Below are positions 30,725 to 40,494 of a stretch of DNA of 64,000 nt, piece by piece. The first letter of the stretch is position 1; each line of letters begins with the position of its first letter. Both the position numbers and the translations under genes were made by a program. Source of the stretch: an uncultured Gemmatimonadales bacterium (GTDB lineage Bacteria > Gemmatimonadota > Gemmatimonadetes > Longimicrobiales > RSA9); the NCBI GenBank assembly GCA_963708135.1, contig OY970192.1:4512001-4576000 (forward strand), written 5' to 3'. The notes under the pieces are model-generated. The model searched no databases, was not told the origin of the DNA, and worked only from the letters and a program-made list of their open reading frames with translations.

Positions 30725-31741
30725 ATGACCGCCTTGCTCGTCTTCCTCGACGGCCTCGGCCTGGGTGAGGCCGACCCGGCGGTCAATCCCGTGGCGGCCG
30801 CCCGCCTGCCCTGCCTCCGTGCGCTGCTCGGCGGTGCCCGGCCGCTCCTCCCGGATGCCGGCGCGGCGGGCCCCGGCGCGACCCTCCTCGCCCTCGACGC
30901 GCTTCTGGGCGTGCACGGCCTCCCGCAGAGCGGGACCGGCCAGGCCGCGCTGCTCACCGGCCGGAACGCTCCCGCCCTCTTCGGCCGCCATTTCGGCCCC
31001 TGGGTCCCGGTCGCCCTGCGCCCGCTCGTCGCCCGGCAGAGCATCCTCGCCCGCACCCTCGCCGCCGGCCGCGGCGCCGCGTTCGCCAACGCCTACCCGG
31101 AGGAGCTGCTCGCCGCGACCGAGGCGGCTGACCCGCCGGGGGCGCCCAAGCCAGAGCGAGGATCGGCCCCCGCGGCGCCATCGGCGGAAGCGGAGGCGGT
31201 GAACGCGCGCCTGCGCCGCCTGCCCGGTCCATTGCGCGCCGGCCCACCGCTGGCCGCCCTGGCAGCGGGGCTGCTCACCCGTCACACCGACGCGCTCCGA
31301 AATGGCGATGCCGTGGCAAGCGAGATCGACAACGAGGGCTGGAGAGAGCGGCTGGGAAGGAGGGACCTGCCGGTCGTGACGCCGCAGCAGGCCGGGGCGA
31401 CGCTCGCGCGCATCACCGCCGGGCACGACATGACGCTCTTCGCGCACTACAGCCTGGACTACATCGGTCACCGCGGCGGGTTCGATGAGGCCGTGGCCGC
31501 GCTCGAGCGGGTGGACGCCTTCCTCGGCGGCCTCGTCGAGGCACTGCCGCCGGACGCGCTACTCGTCGTGGCCGCCGACCACGGCAACATCGAGGATGTT
31601 CGCACCGAGCACACGAGGAATCCGGCCCTGGGATTGGTGGCCGGGCTGGGAAGGGAGCGAGCCGCCGCCCGCCTGCGTAGCCTCACCGACGTGGCCGGCA
31701 TCCTCCTCGAGGCCGCCGGCGGACCCGCCGCGGGCGGATAA
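30725..31741 (+). CDS. Alkaline phosphatase superfamily metalloenzyme (cofactor-independent phosphoglycerate mutase / phosphopentomutase-like)
   Basis: VFLDGLGLG, LPQSGTGQ (catalytic Ser position), DYIGH and ADHGNIED...HTRNP. Confidence 0.8.
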   Translation: MTALLVFLDGLGLGEADPAVNPVAAARLPCLRALLGGARPLLPDAGAAGPGATLLALDALLGVHGLPQSGTGQAALLTGRNAPALFGRHFGPWVPVALRPLVARQSILARTLAAGRGAAFANAYPEELLAATEAADPPGAPKPERGSAPAAPSAEAEAVNARLRRLPGPLRAGPPLAALAAGLLTRHTDALRNGDAVASEIDNEGWRERLGRRDLPVVTPQQAGATLARITAGHDMTLFAHYSLDYIGHRGGFDEAVAALERVDAFLGGLVEALPPDALLVVAADHGNIEDVRTEHTRNPALGLVAGLGRERAAARLRSLTDVAGILLEAAGGPAAGG

Positions 31742-32064
31742 GGCCGCCCTTGGCGCCCGCGCCTAGGTTCCCGCCTGCACCCTGGCCACCCAGGCCACTG
31801 GGGAAGGTTGACGAGCCGGCCGGTGCGCTTGCGCACCTCGAGGACGCCTCGGCGCACCGGTGGCCGGCCTCCGGTAGGACGCCCTGCTGATCGACGCCGC
31901 CAATCAGTAACGTCGAGGAGAATTCCCGTTGCGCAAATGCGGCAACCGGCGCTGAGGCTGGTTGCGGGGAAGGGTACGCGGAGGCGGCCGTCGAACCGCC
32001 GCGCGGGCTGCGCCGAGGTTACCCGGCGTGCTCCCGGCGGGCGCGGAAGGCCTCGGGAACGGCG

Positions 32065-32529
32065 CTTGCGCAGGATACGGCGCGCTTCGGCGGCCTCGAA
32101 GGTCTCGTACAGGGCTGCGCCCGTGTGGCTGCTCAGGTTGTCGAGCACGACGCGGATCTTGTCGGCGTCCGCGCAATGCACGTCAACCAGTGCGCGCATC
32201 TGCTGGGCGAAGTCCGCATTCGTGCGACGGGCGGTGACGTCCACATGCCGCCAGCCTCGCAGCGGCTCCACGAGCAGGAAGAGGTTGGCGGTCCCGCGGC
32301 GCACGTACTCGTAGTCGACGCGTTGGCGCCGACCCGGAGCGGCCGGCACCGGCAGGCGGGTTTCCCCGATGAGCTGGTAGGGCACTTCATCGAAGCACAC
32401 CACCGGGCGCCGGGGGTCGTAGGGCTCCTGGTAGAGGTCGAGCACGTCCTCCATGCGGCAGACGAAGTCCCAACTCACCGTCGGGATGCACCACGCTTCC
32501 TTCTGCCAGGGCTTCAGGTCGTTTTTTTT
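32065..32529 (-). pseudogene. IS630 transposase ORF B (DDE domain), C-terminally truncated
   Basis: KKNDLKPWQKEAWCIP...RMEDVLDLY...VVCFDE...DYEYVRRGTANLF...VLDNLSSH...ARRILRK, then the similarity ends. The usual TPKHxSWLN..E segment is missing. Confidence 0.82.
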
Positions 32530-32942
32530 AGAAGCCGTCGGACCGTCTCGTCCGTGATCGCGTCCACCACACGCAACTCGATCAGCTTGTCGGCCAGGAG
32601 CTGCATGGTCCAGCGCACGCGCCCCTCCGGAGGCGCGCTGCACGCCAGCGCGACCAGGAAGGCTTCCTGCTTGCCGTCCAGCAGCCGGGCTTTGCCCGGC
32701 CGAGGCCGATCGTTGAGCGCCCGCTCCAAACCGCCCTCGACGAAGCGCAGCCGCGTGCGCTCCACCGTGCACTTCCCCAGGTGCAGCGCGGCCGCAATCG
32801 CCTTGTCGGTCACGCCCTCGTCGGCCAGCAACAGGATGCGCGCGCGGTTCACCCGGCGCACCCGCGCCTTGCCGCCCTGGAGCAGGCGCTTGAGTTCGGC
32901 CCGCTCGTCGTCCGTGAGGTCCACGATATACTTCTTGGCCAT
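32514..32942 (-). CDS. IS630 transposase ORF A (HTH)
   Basis: MAKKYIVDLTDDERAEL...RARILLLADEG...LACSAPPEGRVRWTMQLLAD...ETVRRLLKKTT*. GAGGAG RBS. Confidence 0.88.
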   Translation of the reverse strand: MAKKYIVDLTDDERAELKRLLQGGKARVRRVNRARILLLADEGVTDKAIAAALHLGKCTVERTRLRFVEGGLERALNDRPRPGKARLLDGKQEAFLVALACSAPPEGRVRWTMQLLADKLIELRVVDAITDETVRRLLKKTT

Positions 32943-32979
32943 CTGCCCTCCTCGCTGGGGGTCCGACAAATGGGCCAAC

Positions 32980-33008
32980 AATATAGCACGGAACTTTAGT
33001 CCTCACAA
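32980..33008 (-). promoter_or_regulatory. Putative sigma70 promoter of the IS630 transposase
   Basis: TTGTGA-17 bp-TATATT with an extended TGn motif on the minus strand, about 40 bp upstream of ORF A. Confidence 0.55.
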
Positions 33009-33042
33009 TCATGATGGCTGAGTACTAGACCTAAGCTGTAGT

Positions 33043-33807
33043 CTAGATCTCCCGCGCCGCGACCGACACCCCCGCCAGCACGAGCATCACCACGCCGTAC
33101 CCCGCGATGTACGCGAACGCGTCCCATGGGATCGCCTGCATCCCGGCAAAGGCGCCCTCGAGCCGCAGGAACTCCGCCTGCGGCGGCACCACCAGCGCGA
33201 TCGCCCGCGTGACCCCCGGCGGCGCCCCGGCCAGCGCCCCCGCCTGGAGCAGCGCGTTCCACACCAGCGCGAATACCCCGACCAGCAGCGCGATCCACGC
33301 ATCCCCGCGCGTCCACACCGAGAGGAAGGCCGTGAGCCCGCCGTACGCCAGGATGTAGGCCGCGATCAGGACGAAGGTGCCGCCGCCCGCCCAGGTGCCC
33401 AGCATCAGCAGGTCGAATCCCGGCAGCAGCATCGCGGAGAGGATGAACGCCACCGCCGCGAGCGCGAGCCAGCGGGCACCGTAGACGCGCAGCGGGGAGA
33501 CGGGCCGCACCGCGTACAACCGCGCGTATCCCGCGCTCCGGTCCGCGCTGAACACGCCCGCCATGAGGACGAGAACGGCGATCAGCGGGAAGCGCCCGAT
33601 GATCCAGCCGAGCAGCAGCAGCGCCGACACCAGCGGGTAGCCGCCCACCACGAACAGCTGCCCCACCTCGACCTGGCCGTGCGGCCCCTTCGCCAGGAAC
33701 CGCCCCGTCAGTGCCGCCGCCACGAACAGCAGCCCGAAGGCGACGAGCGCCGCCATCCGCCGCCGGCGCGCCTTCACCTCCAACCGCACAAGAGGCGCCA
33801 CGCTCAT
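33043..33807 (-). CDS. ABC-2-type permease-like membrane protein
   Basis: About six TM helices; ADRSAGYARLYAVRPVS resembles the ABC-2 ERxxG..P loop; ATGA overlap with the ATPase gene. Confidence 0.75.
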   Translation of the reverse strand: MSVAPLVRLEVKARRRRMAALVAFGLLFVAAALTGRFLAKGPHGQVEVGQLFVVGGYPLVSALLLLGWIIGRFPLIAVLVLMAGVFSADRSAGYARLYAVRPVSPLRVYGARWLALAAVAFILSAMLLPGFDLLMLGTWAGGGTFVLIAAYILAYGGLTAFLSVWTRGDAWIALLVGVFALVWNALLQAGALAGAPPGVTRAIALVVPPQAEFLRLEGAFAGMQAIPWDAFAYIAGYGVVMLVLAGVSVAAREI

Positions 33808-34730
33808 TCCCCCGCCTCCTCGAGCGCCCGCCGCACCCGCTCCTCGAGCGGCTCGGCCGCCGGCTGGAGCGAGACCAGCACGCCGCCGCCCGCGAGGAGC
33901 GCCGCCACCCGCCCGGAGAGCTCTGCCGGGTCCGCAGCCTCGATCCAGTAGACGGGCCGGCCGTCCGCCGCCGCACGCGCGCCCGGGAACGCGTCCGCCA
34001 GCGCGGGTGTGGCCGCGGTGAGCTCCAGCCGCCACACCCCCGCCGCCCCGCCCCGCGCGAGCTCGACCACCTCCCGCACCCGCCCCCTCTCCAGCACCAC
34101 CGCCCGGTCCGCCAGCCGCTCCACCTCGCCCAGGTCGTGGCTCGCGATCAGTACCGTACGTCCCTCCGAGCGCAGCGACTCGACCAGGCCGCGAAGCCGG
34201 ATCCGCCACAGCGGGTCGAGCCCCTCCGTCGGCTCGTCCAGCACCACCAGCGGCCTCGCCGCGAGCAGCGCTTGCGCCAGCCCGAGCCGCTGCAGCAGAC
34301 CCCGCGAGAGCGCGCCCACCGGCTTCCCGCCGTGCTCCACGAGCCCCAGCCGGTCGAGGACGGACTGCACCCGCCCCTCCGCCGCGCCGCGGCCGAGACC
34401 CTCGAGCCGCGCCAGCGCGAGCAGCGCCGCACGCACGCTCCACCCGCCCGGCAGCTGGAAGCGCTCCGGCAGGTACGCCGCGCCGCGTCGCCTCATGTAC
34501 GCACGAGGCGCCATCCCGTCGAGAGCGACCTTCCCCGATGTCGGACGGAGGAAGCCGAGCACCAGCGCGAAGAGCGTGCTCTTGCCGGCGCCGTTCGGAC
34601 CCACCACCGCCGTCACCTGGCCCGGCCGGACCGACAGCGTCACCCCATCCAGGGCGCGCACGCTCTTCGCGCCGCCCTCCGAGGACGGCGGCGTCCGGAA
34701 CTCTCTCGTGACTCCCTCGAGCTCGATCAT
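33804..34730 (-). CDS. ABC transporter ATP-binding protein
   Basis: GPNGAGKST, LSRGLLQRLGLAQA, VLDEPTEGLDP and ASHDL. Confidence 0.92.
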   Translation of the reverse strand: MIELEGVTREFRTPPSSEGGAKSVRALDGVTLSVRPGQVTAVVGPNGAGKSTLFALVLGFLRPTSGKVALDGMAPRAYMRRRGAAYLPERFQLPGGWSVRAALLALARLEGLGRGAAEGRVQSVLDRLGLVEHGGKPVGALSRGLLQRLGLAQALLAARPLVVLDEPTEGLDPLWRIRLRGLVESLRSEGRTVLIASHDLGEVERLADRAVVLERGRVREVVELARGGAAGVWRLELTAATPALADAFPGARAAADGRPVYWIEAADPAELSGRVAALLAGGGVLVSLQPAAEPLEERVRRALEEAGE

Positions 34731-34768
34731 CCCGCCCCGGGCATGCATCCTGCCTGCCAGCCGCCCCC

Positions 34769-35569
34769 ATGAACGACAATTCCGGTGAGCGACGGCGCCG
34801 GCCGCGCGGCCGGCTGACCGCGGGCTCCGACGCGCTCTATCGTACGTTGCGCTTCGTCGCGGGGCACGTCCAGGGATTCTACGCCGCCTACGCCGCCTTC
34901 CTCACCCTCGCCTTCCTCGGCGCCGCCGCCTTCGCCGCCTTCATCGGGTTCGGCAAGCTCGTGGCCGAGGGCGTCACCCTCTCCTTCGACGACTCCGTGC
35001 TCCGCTGGTTCGCCGCGCACCGCACCGCCACCGCCACCTACGTCGCCCTCAGCCTGACCTCCCTCGGCAGCGAGGTCGTGCTCATCGCTCTCGTCCTCGT
35101 CGCCTCCGTCTTCCTCTGGGCCACCCGCCACCACTACTCCGTCTACCTCCTGCTCATCGGCGCCTTCGGCGCCTGGGGGCTCAGCGCTCTGCTGAAGGAG
35201 GTGTTCGAGCGGCCGAGGCCGAGCATCGTCAGCCACCTCGTCATCGTCCACAGCGACTCGTTCCCCTCCGGCCACGCCATGCACTCCATGGTCGTCTACG
35301 CCTCCATCGCCCTGCTCGTCGCCCGCCTCGCCCCCGGCCGCTCCCTGCGCACCCTCACATGGACCGTCGCCATCCTGCTGATCGCCGGCATCGGGACGAG
35401 CCGCCTCTACCTCGGCGTGCATTACCCGAGCGACGTCGCCGCCGGCTACGTCGCCGGCCTCGCCTGGATCGCCTTCGTCGCCGCCGGCCTCGCCGGCGCC
35501 CGCTACCTCTCCGCCCGCAACCCCGCCATCGAGTCCGCCGAGCGCGACCTCCACGCCGATCCCCCCTGA
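34769..35569 (+). CDS. PAP2-family membrane phosphatase
   Basis: KxxxxRxRP, SFPSGH and SRLYLGVHYPSDV motifs. Confidence 0.92.
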   Translation: MNDNSGERRRRPRGRLTAGSDALYRTLRFVAGHVQGFYAAYAAFLTLAFLGAAAFAAFIGFGKLVAEGVTLSFDDSVLRWFAAHRTATATYVALSLTSLGSEVVLIALVLVASVFLWATRHHYSVYLLLIGAFGAWGLSALLKEVFERPRPSIVSHLVIVHSDSFPSGHAMHSMVVYASIALLVARLAPGRSLRTLTWTVAILLIAGIGTSRLYLGVHYPSDVAAGYVAGLAWIAFVAAGLAGARYLSARNPAIESAERDLHADPP

Positions 35570-35647
35570 CCCCCGGCCCCGGCCCCCCGGCCCCCGCGCG
35601 GCCCATCCAGCCATTCCCCCGCCCCACTCCCCCTCCCATGCTCGGCG

Positions 35648-37669
35648 ATGATGCCCCGTACCCGGGAGACGACCCTGCCCGACCCCGTCCGCCGCGCCCT
35701 CGGCCGCATGCTCCTCGATGCCGGCGCCATCAGCCCAGAGGAGCTCGAGCACGCGCTCGACCTCCAGCGGCGCGAAGGCCGCCGCCTCGGCGAGCTGCTG
35801 GTCCGGGGCGGCCTCGACCCCGAGCGCGTCGCCCGCGCCCTGGCCGTCCAGCTCGGGCTCGCCTACGCCCCACCGCCGCTCCGCCCCGGCGCCGACGCGC
35901 TCCGGCTCGTCGGCCGGCCCCTCGCCGTCCGCCTGCGCGCGCTCCCCCTCGCCCTCGCGGACCGCGCGCTGCGCGTGGCCATGGCCGACCCCCTCGACAT
36001 CGCCGCCGTGGACGACCTCCAGTTCCAGACCGGCCGCCGCGTGCAGCCCGTCGTTGCCACCGGCGCCGCCGTGGAGCGGGGGATCGTCGCGGCCTACGGC
36101 GGCGATGCCGTGCGCGCGCTGGTCTCCCGGCTGCCCGGAAAGGCCGCCCCGCCGGGCGGCACGGCTCCTCCCGCGGCACCGGCCGATGAAAAGGGCGCCG
36201 AGCTGCGCCGCGCGGCGGAGGCGCCGCCGATCATCGCGCTCGTCGAGCTCATCCTCGCCCGTGCCGTCACGGCCCGCGCCAGTGACATCCACATCGAGCC
36301 CGCCGCCGGCCGGATGCGCGTCCGCGTGCGGGTGGATGGCGTGCTCCGCGAGATCCTCGACCTGCCCGCCAGCGCCGCCGCCGCGGTCGTCTCGCGGCTC
36401 AAGGTGATGGCGGGCCTCGACATCTCCGTCAAGCGCCGCCCCCAGGACGGCCGCGCCGCCATCGCCGTTGAGGGCCGCGACCTCGCCCTGCGTATGTCCA
36501 CGCTCCCCTCCCGCCACGGGGAGAAGGTCGTGCTCCGCCTCCTCGACCCCCGCAACTCCGGCCGACCTCTCGATGCCCTCGACCTCGAGCCCGCCGACCG
36601 CCGCCGCCTGGATGCCTTGCTCGGCCGCGGCCACGGCGTCCTGCTCGTCACGGGCCCCACCGGCAGCGGCAAGACGACGACGCTCTACGCCGCCCTCGCG
36701 GCGCTCGACCGCGCGCGCCGCAACATCATCACCCTGGAAGATCCGATCGAGTACCAGCTGGAGGGGATCACGCAGGTCCAGGTGCACCGCCGTGCCGGGC
36801 TCGGCTTCGCCGCCGCGCTCCGGGCCGTGCTCCGGCAGGACCCGGACGTGATCATGGTCGGCGAGATGCGCGACCGCGCAACCGTGCAGGTCGGCCTGGC
36901 CGCCGCCCTCACGGGCCACCTCGTGCTGTCCACCCTCCACACCAACGATGCCCCCGGCGCCGTGACCCGGCTCCTCGAGATGAAGGCGCCGGCGTACCTC
37001 GTAGCCGGCGCCCTCATCGGCGTGGTCGCGCAGCGCCTCGTGCGCCGGCTCTGTCCCCACTGCCGCGCTCCACGCGACGCCGCCCCCGCCGAGCTCGCCG
37101 CGCTCGGCCTGCCGTCGCGCCCCGCCCGCCTGTTCGAGCCCGCCGGCTGCCCCCGCTGCGACGGGACTGGCTTCGCCGGCCGCGTCGGCATCTTCGAGGT
37201 CCTGGTCGTGGACGCCCGCGTGCGCGAGCTCATCCTCCGCCGCGCCCCCGCCGATGCCGTCCGCGAGGCCGCTCGCGCCGCCGGCTCGCAGTCCCTCGCC
37301 CTCGACGCATGGCGGAAGCTCGGCCGCGGACTCACCTCCCTCGGCGAGGTGGCGCCGTTTCTCGCCCTCCTCGCCGACGAGGCGCCCCTCTGCCCCCGGT
37401 GCGCCGCCCCCGTCCGCGCCGCCTATAACGCCTGCCCCCGCTGCGCCCACACCCTCCGCCACCGCTGCCGCTGCGGCGCCGCCCTCGACCCCGCCTGGCG
37501 CTGCTGCCCCGCGTGCGCCGCCCCCCTGCCCGATGCGCCGGCGCCGGCCGTTCGCGCCGCCGACGCGTCCGGGCCCGCCCCGAGCCCGCCCATGCCCGGG
37601 TCGGAGCGCTTGGGCGCTGTCGGCGGCGCCGCTCCGTCCCCGCCGCCCGTCGCCTCGAGTGCACCCTGA
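35648..37669 (+). CDS. PilB/GspE-family secretion ATPase with N-terminal MshEN domain and C-terminal double zinc ribbon
   Basis: ASDIHIEP, GPTGSGKTTT, EDPIEY, LRQDPDVIMVGEMRD and STLHTND; tetra-Cys motif; C-terminal CxxC repeats. Confidence 0.9.
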   Translation: MMPRTRETTLPDPVRRALGRMLLDAGAISPEELEHALDLQRREGRRLGELLVRGGLDPERVARALAVQLGLAYAPPPLRPGADALRLVGRPLAVRLRALPLALADRALRVAMADPLDIAAVDDLQFQTGRRVQPVVATGAAVERGIVAAYGGDAVRALVSRLPGKAAPPGGTAPPAAPADEKGAELRRAAEAPPIIALVELILARAVTARASDIHIEPAAGRMRVRVRVDGVLREILDLPASAAAAVVSRLKVMAGLDISVKRRPQDGRAAIAVEGRDLALRMSTLPSRHGEKVVLRLLDPRNSGRPLDALDLEPADRRRLDALLGRGHGVLLVTGPTGSGKTTTLYAALAALDRARRNIITLEDPIEYQLEGITQVQVHRRAGLGFAAALRAVLRQDPDVIMVGEMRDRATVQVGLAAALTGHLVLSTLHTNDAPGAVTRLLEMKAPAYLVAGALIGVVAQRLVRRLCPHCRAPRDAAPAELAALGLPSRPARLFEPAGCPRCDGTGFAGRVGIFEVLVVDARVRELILRRAPADAVREAARAAGSQSLALDAWRKLGRGLTSLGEVAPFLALLADEAPLCPRCAAPVRAAYNACPRCAHTLRHRCRCGAALDPAWRCCPACAAPLPDAPAPAVRAADASGPAPSPPMPGSERLGAVGGAAPSPPPVASSAP

Positions 37670-37698
37670 AAAAAAACGGCGCCCGTTCCCGGACGCCG
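37669..37698 (-). terminator. Rho-independent terminator of the prkA-yeaH-spoVR operon
   Basis: Minus-strand RNA reads CGGCGUCCG-GGAA-CGGGCGCCG-U8: a 9-bp stem, a GNRA loop and an 8-U tail. Confidence 0.85.
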
Positions 37699-37779
37699 CC
37701 GCCGATCCTCCCGCCCGCAGCTCCCCCGCCGTGTCCCCACCCCCACGCCCGCCCTCACCCACCCCGCGGTTGGCGCAGT

Positions 37780-39273
37780 TCACCCCACGCTCCGCTCCTC
37801 CTGCCGATGCTCCTCCCCGTCGAAGCTCATGACCGCCGGCTCGTCGTCCACGAACGTCTCGATGTGGACCGGCCGCTTCCACAGCCGCTGCACGTTCTCC
37901 AGCGTCTCGCGCGCGAAATCGAGCTTCAGCGGCACGCCCTCGTAGCGGTGCACGAGCACGAGCTCGCCACGGTTCAGGTGGTTGCCGTCCGCCACCTCGA
38001 TCCATGGCTGCCCGAAGTTGGTCAGCATGAACAGCAGCTTCTCCTTCACGGCCGCGAAGTCCCGGTCCGTGATCACGTACTGCCCCGTCATCGGGTTGTA
38101 GTCGTAGGAGAACAGGCCCTGCTTGCGCACGAAGTCAGCGGTCAGGAACTCGTCGAGGAAGGTGACGTCGTTGTAGTGGCGGCGTACCTCGAAGAGCTTC
38201 TCCCGCCCGGCCATCTCGCCGGTGTCCCAGCGCTGGCGCGCGTGGAAGTCGTCGCACGCCTCCCACTCCGGACCGTGGCGGCCCTTGTTCCAGCGCTCCT
38301 CGATGTCGCGCCAGAGCTCGATCCCCAGCTTGTACGGGTTCAGCCGGCCGGGCGAGGTGGCCATCGTGCCGGCGTGGTGGTCGGCGTAGTCCAGCAGCTC
38401 GGAGGCGTCGAGCGCGCGCGTCGTCATGATCGTCGAGTGCCAGTACGACGCCCACCCCTCGTTCATGATCTTCGTGCGGCCCTGTGGCGCGAAGTAGTAC
38501 GCCTCCTCGCGCACGATCCCCAGCACGTCCCGCTCCCAGTTCTTGAGCGGCGCGTGCTCCAGCAGGAACAGCATCACGTCCTTCTCGGGACGCGCCGGAA
38601 ACCTCGATTCCCGCCGCTCCCGCTCCGCCAGCCGCTCCCGCTCAGCCTCCAGCGCCGACGCCGGATTGATGTAGGAGTCCATGTACTCCTTCGCCCGCAG
38701 CTTCTTCGGCTCCAGGCGAAGCAGCGCGTCCTCCTCCGACGGCTCCTCCGGCGCGCGGTGCGGCCGCGCCGGCGCGTTGTAGTCGATCAGGTTGTCCAGC
38801 GACAGGCACCGATCCAGCAGCCGCTCCACCACCTCCTCGCCGTACATTTCGTGGTAGCGGCGTACCCGCGAGGCGTGGTTCGCCATCTCATCGACCATCT
38901 TCCGGTTCGTGTGCGCGAACGAGAAGTTGTTCTTGAAGAAGTCGCCGTGCCCGCACACGTGCGCCATTACCAGCTTCTGGTCAACCGTGTGGTTCGCCGC
39001 CAGCAGGTACGCGTACGTGGGATCGTTGTTGATCACCATCTCGTAGATCTTCGACAGACCGTACGCGTAGGAGCGCGAGAGCTCCACGTACTCCATCCCG
39101 AAGCGCCAGTGCGGGTAGCGGCTCGGATAGCCGCCGTAGGCCGCCACCTCGTTGATCTCCTCCCAGTCCAGCACCTCGTAGACGATCTCGAAGAAGTCCA
39201 GCCCGTACGCGCGGGCGTGCTCCTCGATGCTCTGCTGGAGCGAGCGAAGCTCCGGGGTGAGATCATGCTGCAT
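37780..39273 (-). CDS. spoVR: SpoVR/YcgB family protein
   Basis: YPSRYPHWRFG, KIYEMVINNDP, AHVCGHGDFFKNN, TKIMNEGWASYWH and NPYKLG. Confidence 0.93.
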   Translation of the reverse strand: MQHDLTPELRSLQQSIEEHARAYGLDFFEIVYEVLDWEEINEVAAYGGYPSRYPHWRFGMEYVELSRSYAYGLSKIYEMVINNDPTYAYLLAANHTVDQKLVMAHVCGHGDFFKNNFSFAHTNRKMVDEMANHASRVRRYHEMYGEEVVERLLDRCLSLDNLIDYNAPARPHRAPEEPSEEDALLRLEPKKLRAKEYMDSYINPASALEAERERLAERERRESRFPARPEKDVMLFLLEHAPLKNWERDVLGIVREEAYYFAPQGRTKIMNEGWASYWHSTIMTTRALDASELLDYADHHAGTMATSPGRLNPYKLGIELWRDIEERWNKGRHGPEWEACDDFHARQRWDTGEMAGREKLFEVRRHYNDVTFLDEFLTADFVRKQGLFSYDYNPMTGQYVITDRDFAAVKEKLLFMLTNFGQPWIEVADGNHLNRGELVLVHRYEGVPLKLDFARETLENVQRLWKRPVHIETFVDDEPAVMSFDGEEHRQEERSVG

Positions 39274-39285
39274 CGGGATGGACCT

Positions 39286-40389
39286 TCACTTCCCTTTGCC
39301 CAGAAAGGTCTTGATCGAGGACAGGATCGCCTCGCGCCCCTCGATCCGCGACAGCACCACGTTGTCCGCGCTCACGTGCGACTCGAGCGCGTGGAGGAAC
39401 TGGCCGCTGCCGTACCGGCTCTCCACCTGGCCGTAGCCGAACAGGTTCGCATTCGGCAGCAGGCGGTCCTGCAGCAACGCGAAGCATTTCTCGTCGTCGC
39501 CGCCGCCCCAGTTGTCCCCGTCCGAGAAGTGGAACAGGTACACGTTCCAAGATTCCGCCGGATACTCCCGGGCCACGATCTCCGCCGCGAGCTGGTACGC
39601 GCTCGAGATCCGCGTGCCGCCCGACTCCCGCGTCGAGTAGAACGTCTCCCGGTCCACCTCCCGCGCCGCCGCGTCGTGGATGATGTAGCGCGTCACCAGC
39701 CCGTCGTAGTGCGCGCGGATCCACGTGTCGATCCAGAACGACTCGATCCGCACGATCTCCTTCTGCTCGTTCCCCATCGAGCCGGACACGTCCATCATGT
39801 ACAGGATCACCGCGTTCGCCACCGGCTCCGGCTCGTCCTTCCACGAGCGGTAGCGGACATCCTCGCGCACCGGGACCACGACCGGCCGGCCCGCATTGTA
39901 GGCGCCGGTGGCCAGCTGCCGCTTCAGCGCCTCCTTGTACGTCCGCTTGAAGGAGCGCAGGCTCTCCGGCCCGGCGCGCTTGATCCCCGTGTAGCGGCTC
40001 TTCGGCACCGTCAGCGAGTGCGAGCCCTTCGGCTCGATCCGCGGCAGCTCCAGCTCCTCGCCCATGATCTCCGCGAGCTGCTCCACCGTCAGCTCCACCT
40101 CCCGGATGTGCTGCCCGGGCGCATCGCCCGCCTCGCCCGCCCCCCCTTCCCCGCCGTCCGCGCCGATCGGCGTCCCCACGTCCCCGGGGCCCTGCCCCAC
40201 TCCGCCCCGCTCCTTGCGCCCGTAGCGAAACCGCGGCAGCTCGACCTGCGGCAGCGGGATCGACACGAGCTCGTTCCCCCGCTTGCCAATCAGCTCGCCG
40301 CGGGTGATGTGCCGCTTCAGATCCTGCTTGATCCTGCCCCGCACGATCTCGTCGAACCGCCGTCGATCGCGCTCGATCCGCTTGACCAT
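39286..40389 (-). CDS. yeaH: DUF444 YeaH/YhbH family protein (vWA-like)
   Basis: [20 protein letters not shown] and FHFSDGDNW; lies between prkA and spoVR. Confidence 0.9.
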   Translation of the reverse strand: MVKRIERDRRRFDEIVRGRIKQDLKRHITRGELIGKRGNELVSIPLPQVELPRFRYGRKERGGVGQGPGDVGTPIGADGGEGGAGEAGDAPGQHIREVELTVEQLAEIMGEELELPRIEPKGSHSLTVPKSRYTGIKRAGPESLRSFKRTYKEALKRQLATGAYNAGRPVVVPVREDVRYRSWKDEPEPVANAVILYMMDVSGSMGNEQKEIVRIESFWIDTWIRAHYDGLVTRYIIHDAAAREVDRETFYSTRESGGTRISSAYQLAAEIVAREYPAESWNVYLFHFSDGDNWGGGDDEKCFALLQDRLLPNANLFGYGQVESRYGSGQFLHALESHVSADNVVLSRIEGREAILSSIKTFLGKGK

Positions 40390-40426
40390 CTGATCCTCGC
40401 CTCATTCGCCGCGATCCCAAACTCCC

Positions 40427-40494
40427 ACCCTTACCCTTACCCTCACCCCTACCCTCACCCTACACCCTCACCCTACACCCTCACCCTCACCCCT
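40427..40494. repeat. Degenerate 6-7 nt tandem repeat, 11 units (ACCCTC/ACCCTT/ACCCCT/ACCCTAC)
   Basis: Read directly from the sequence. The minus strand is a run of GGG tracts. Confidence 0.9.

Larger units (their letters stand above)
32065..33027 (-). mobile_element. Truncated IS630-family insertion sequence
   Basis: HTH ORF and DDE ORF joined by an A8 slippery site. Probable left end at TA 33026-33027. Transposase similarity stops near 32065, and no matching right end was found. Confidence 0.85.
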
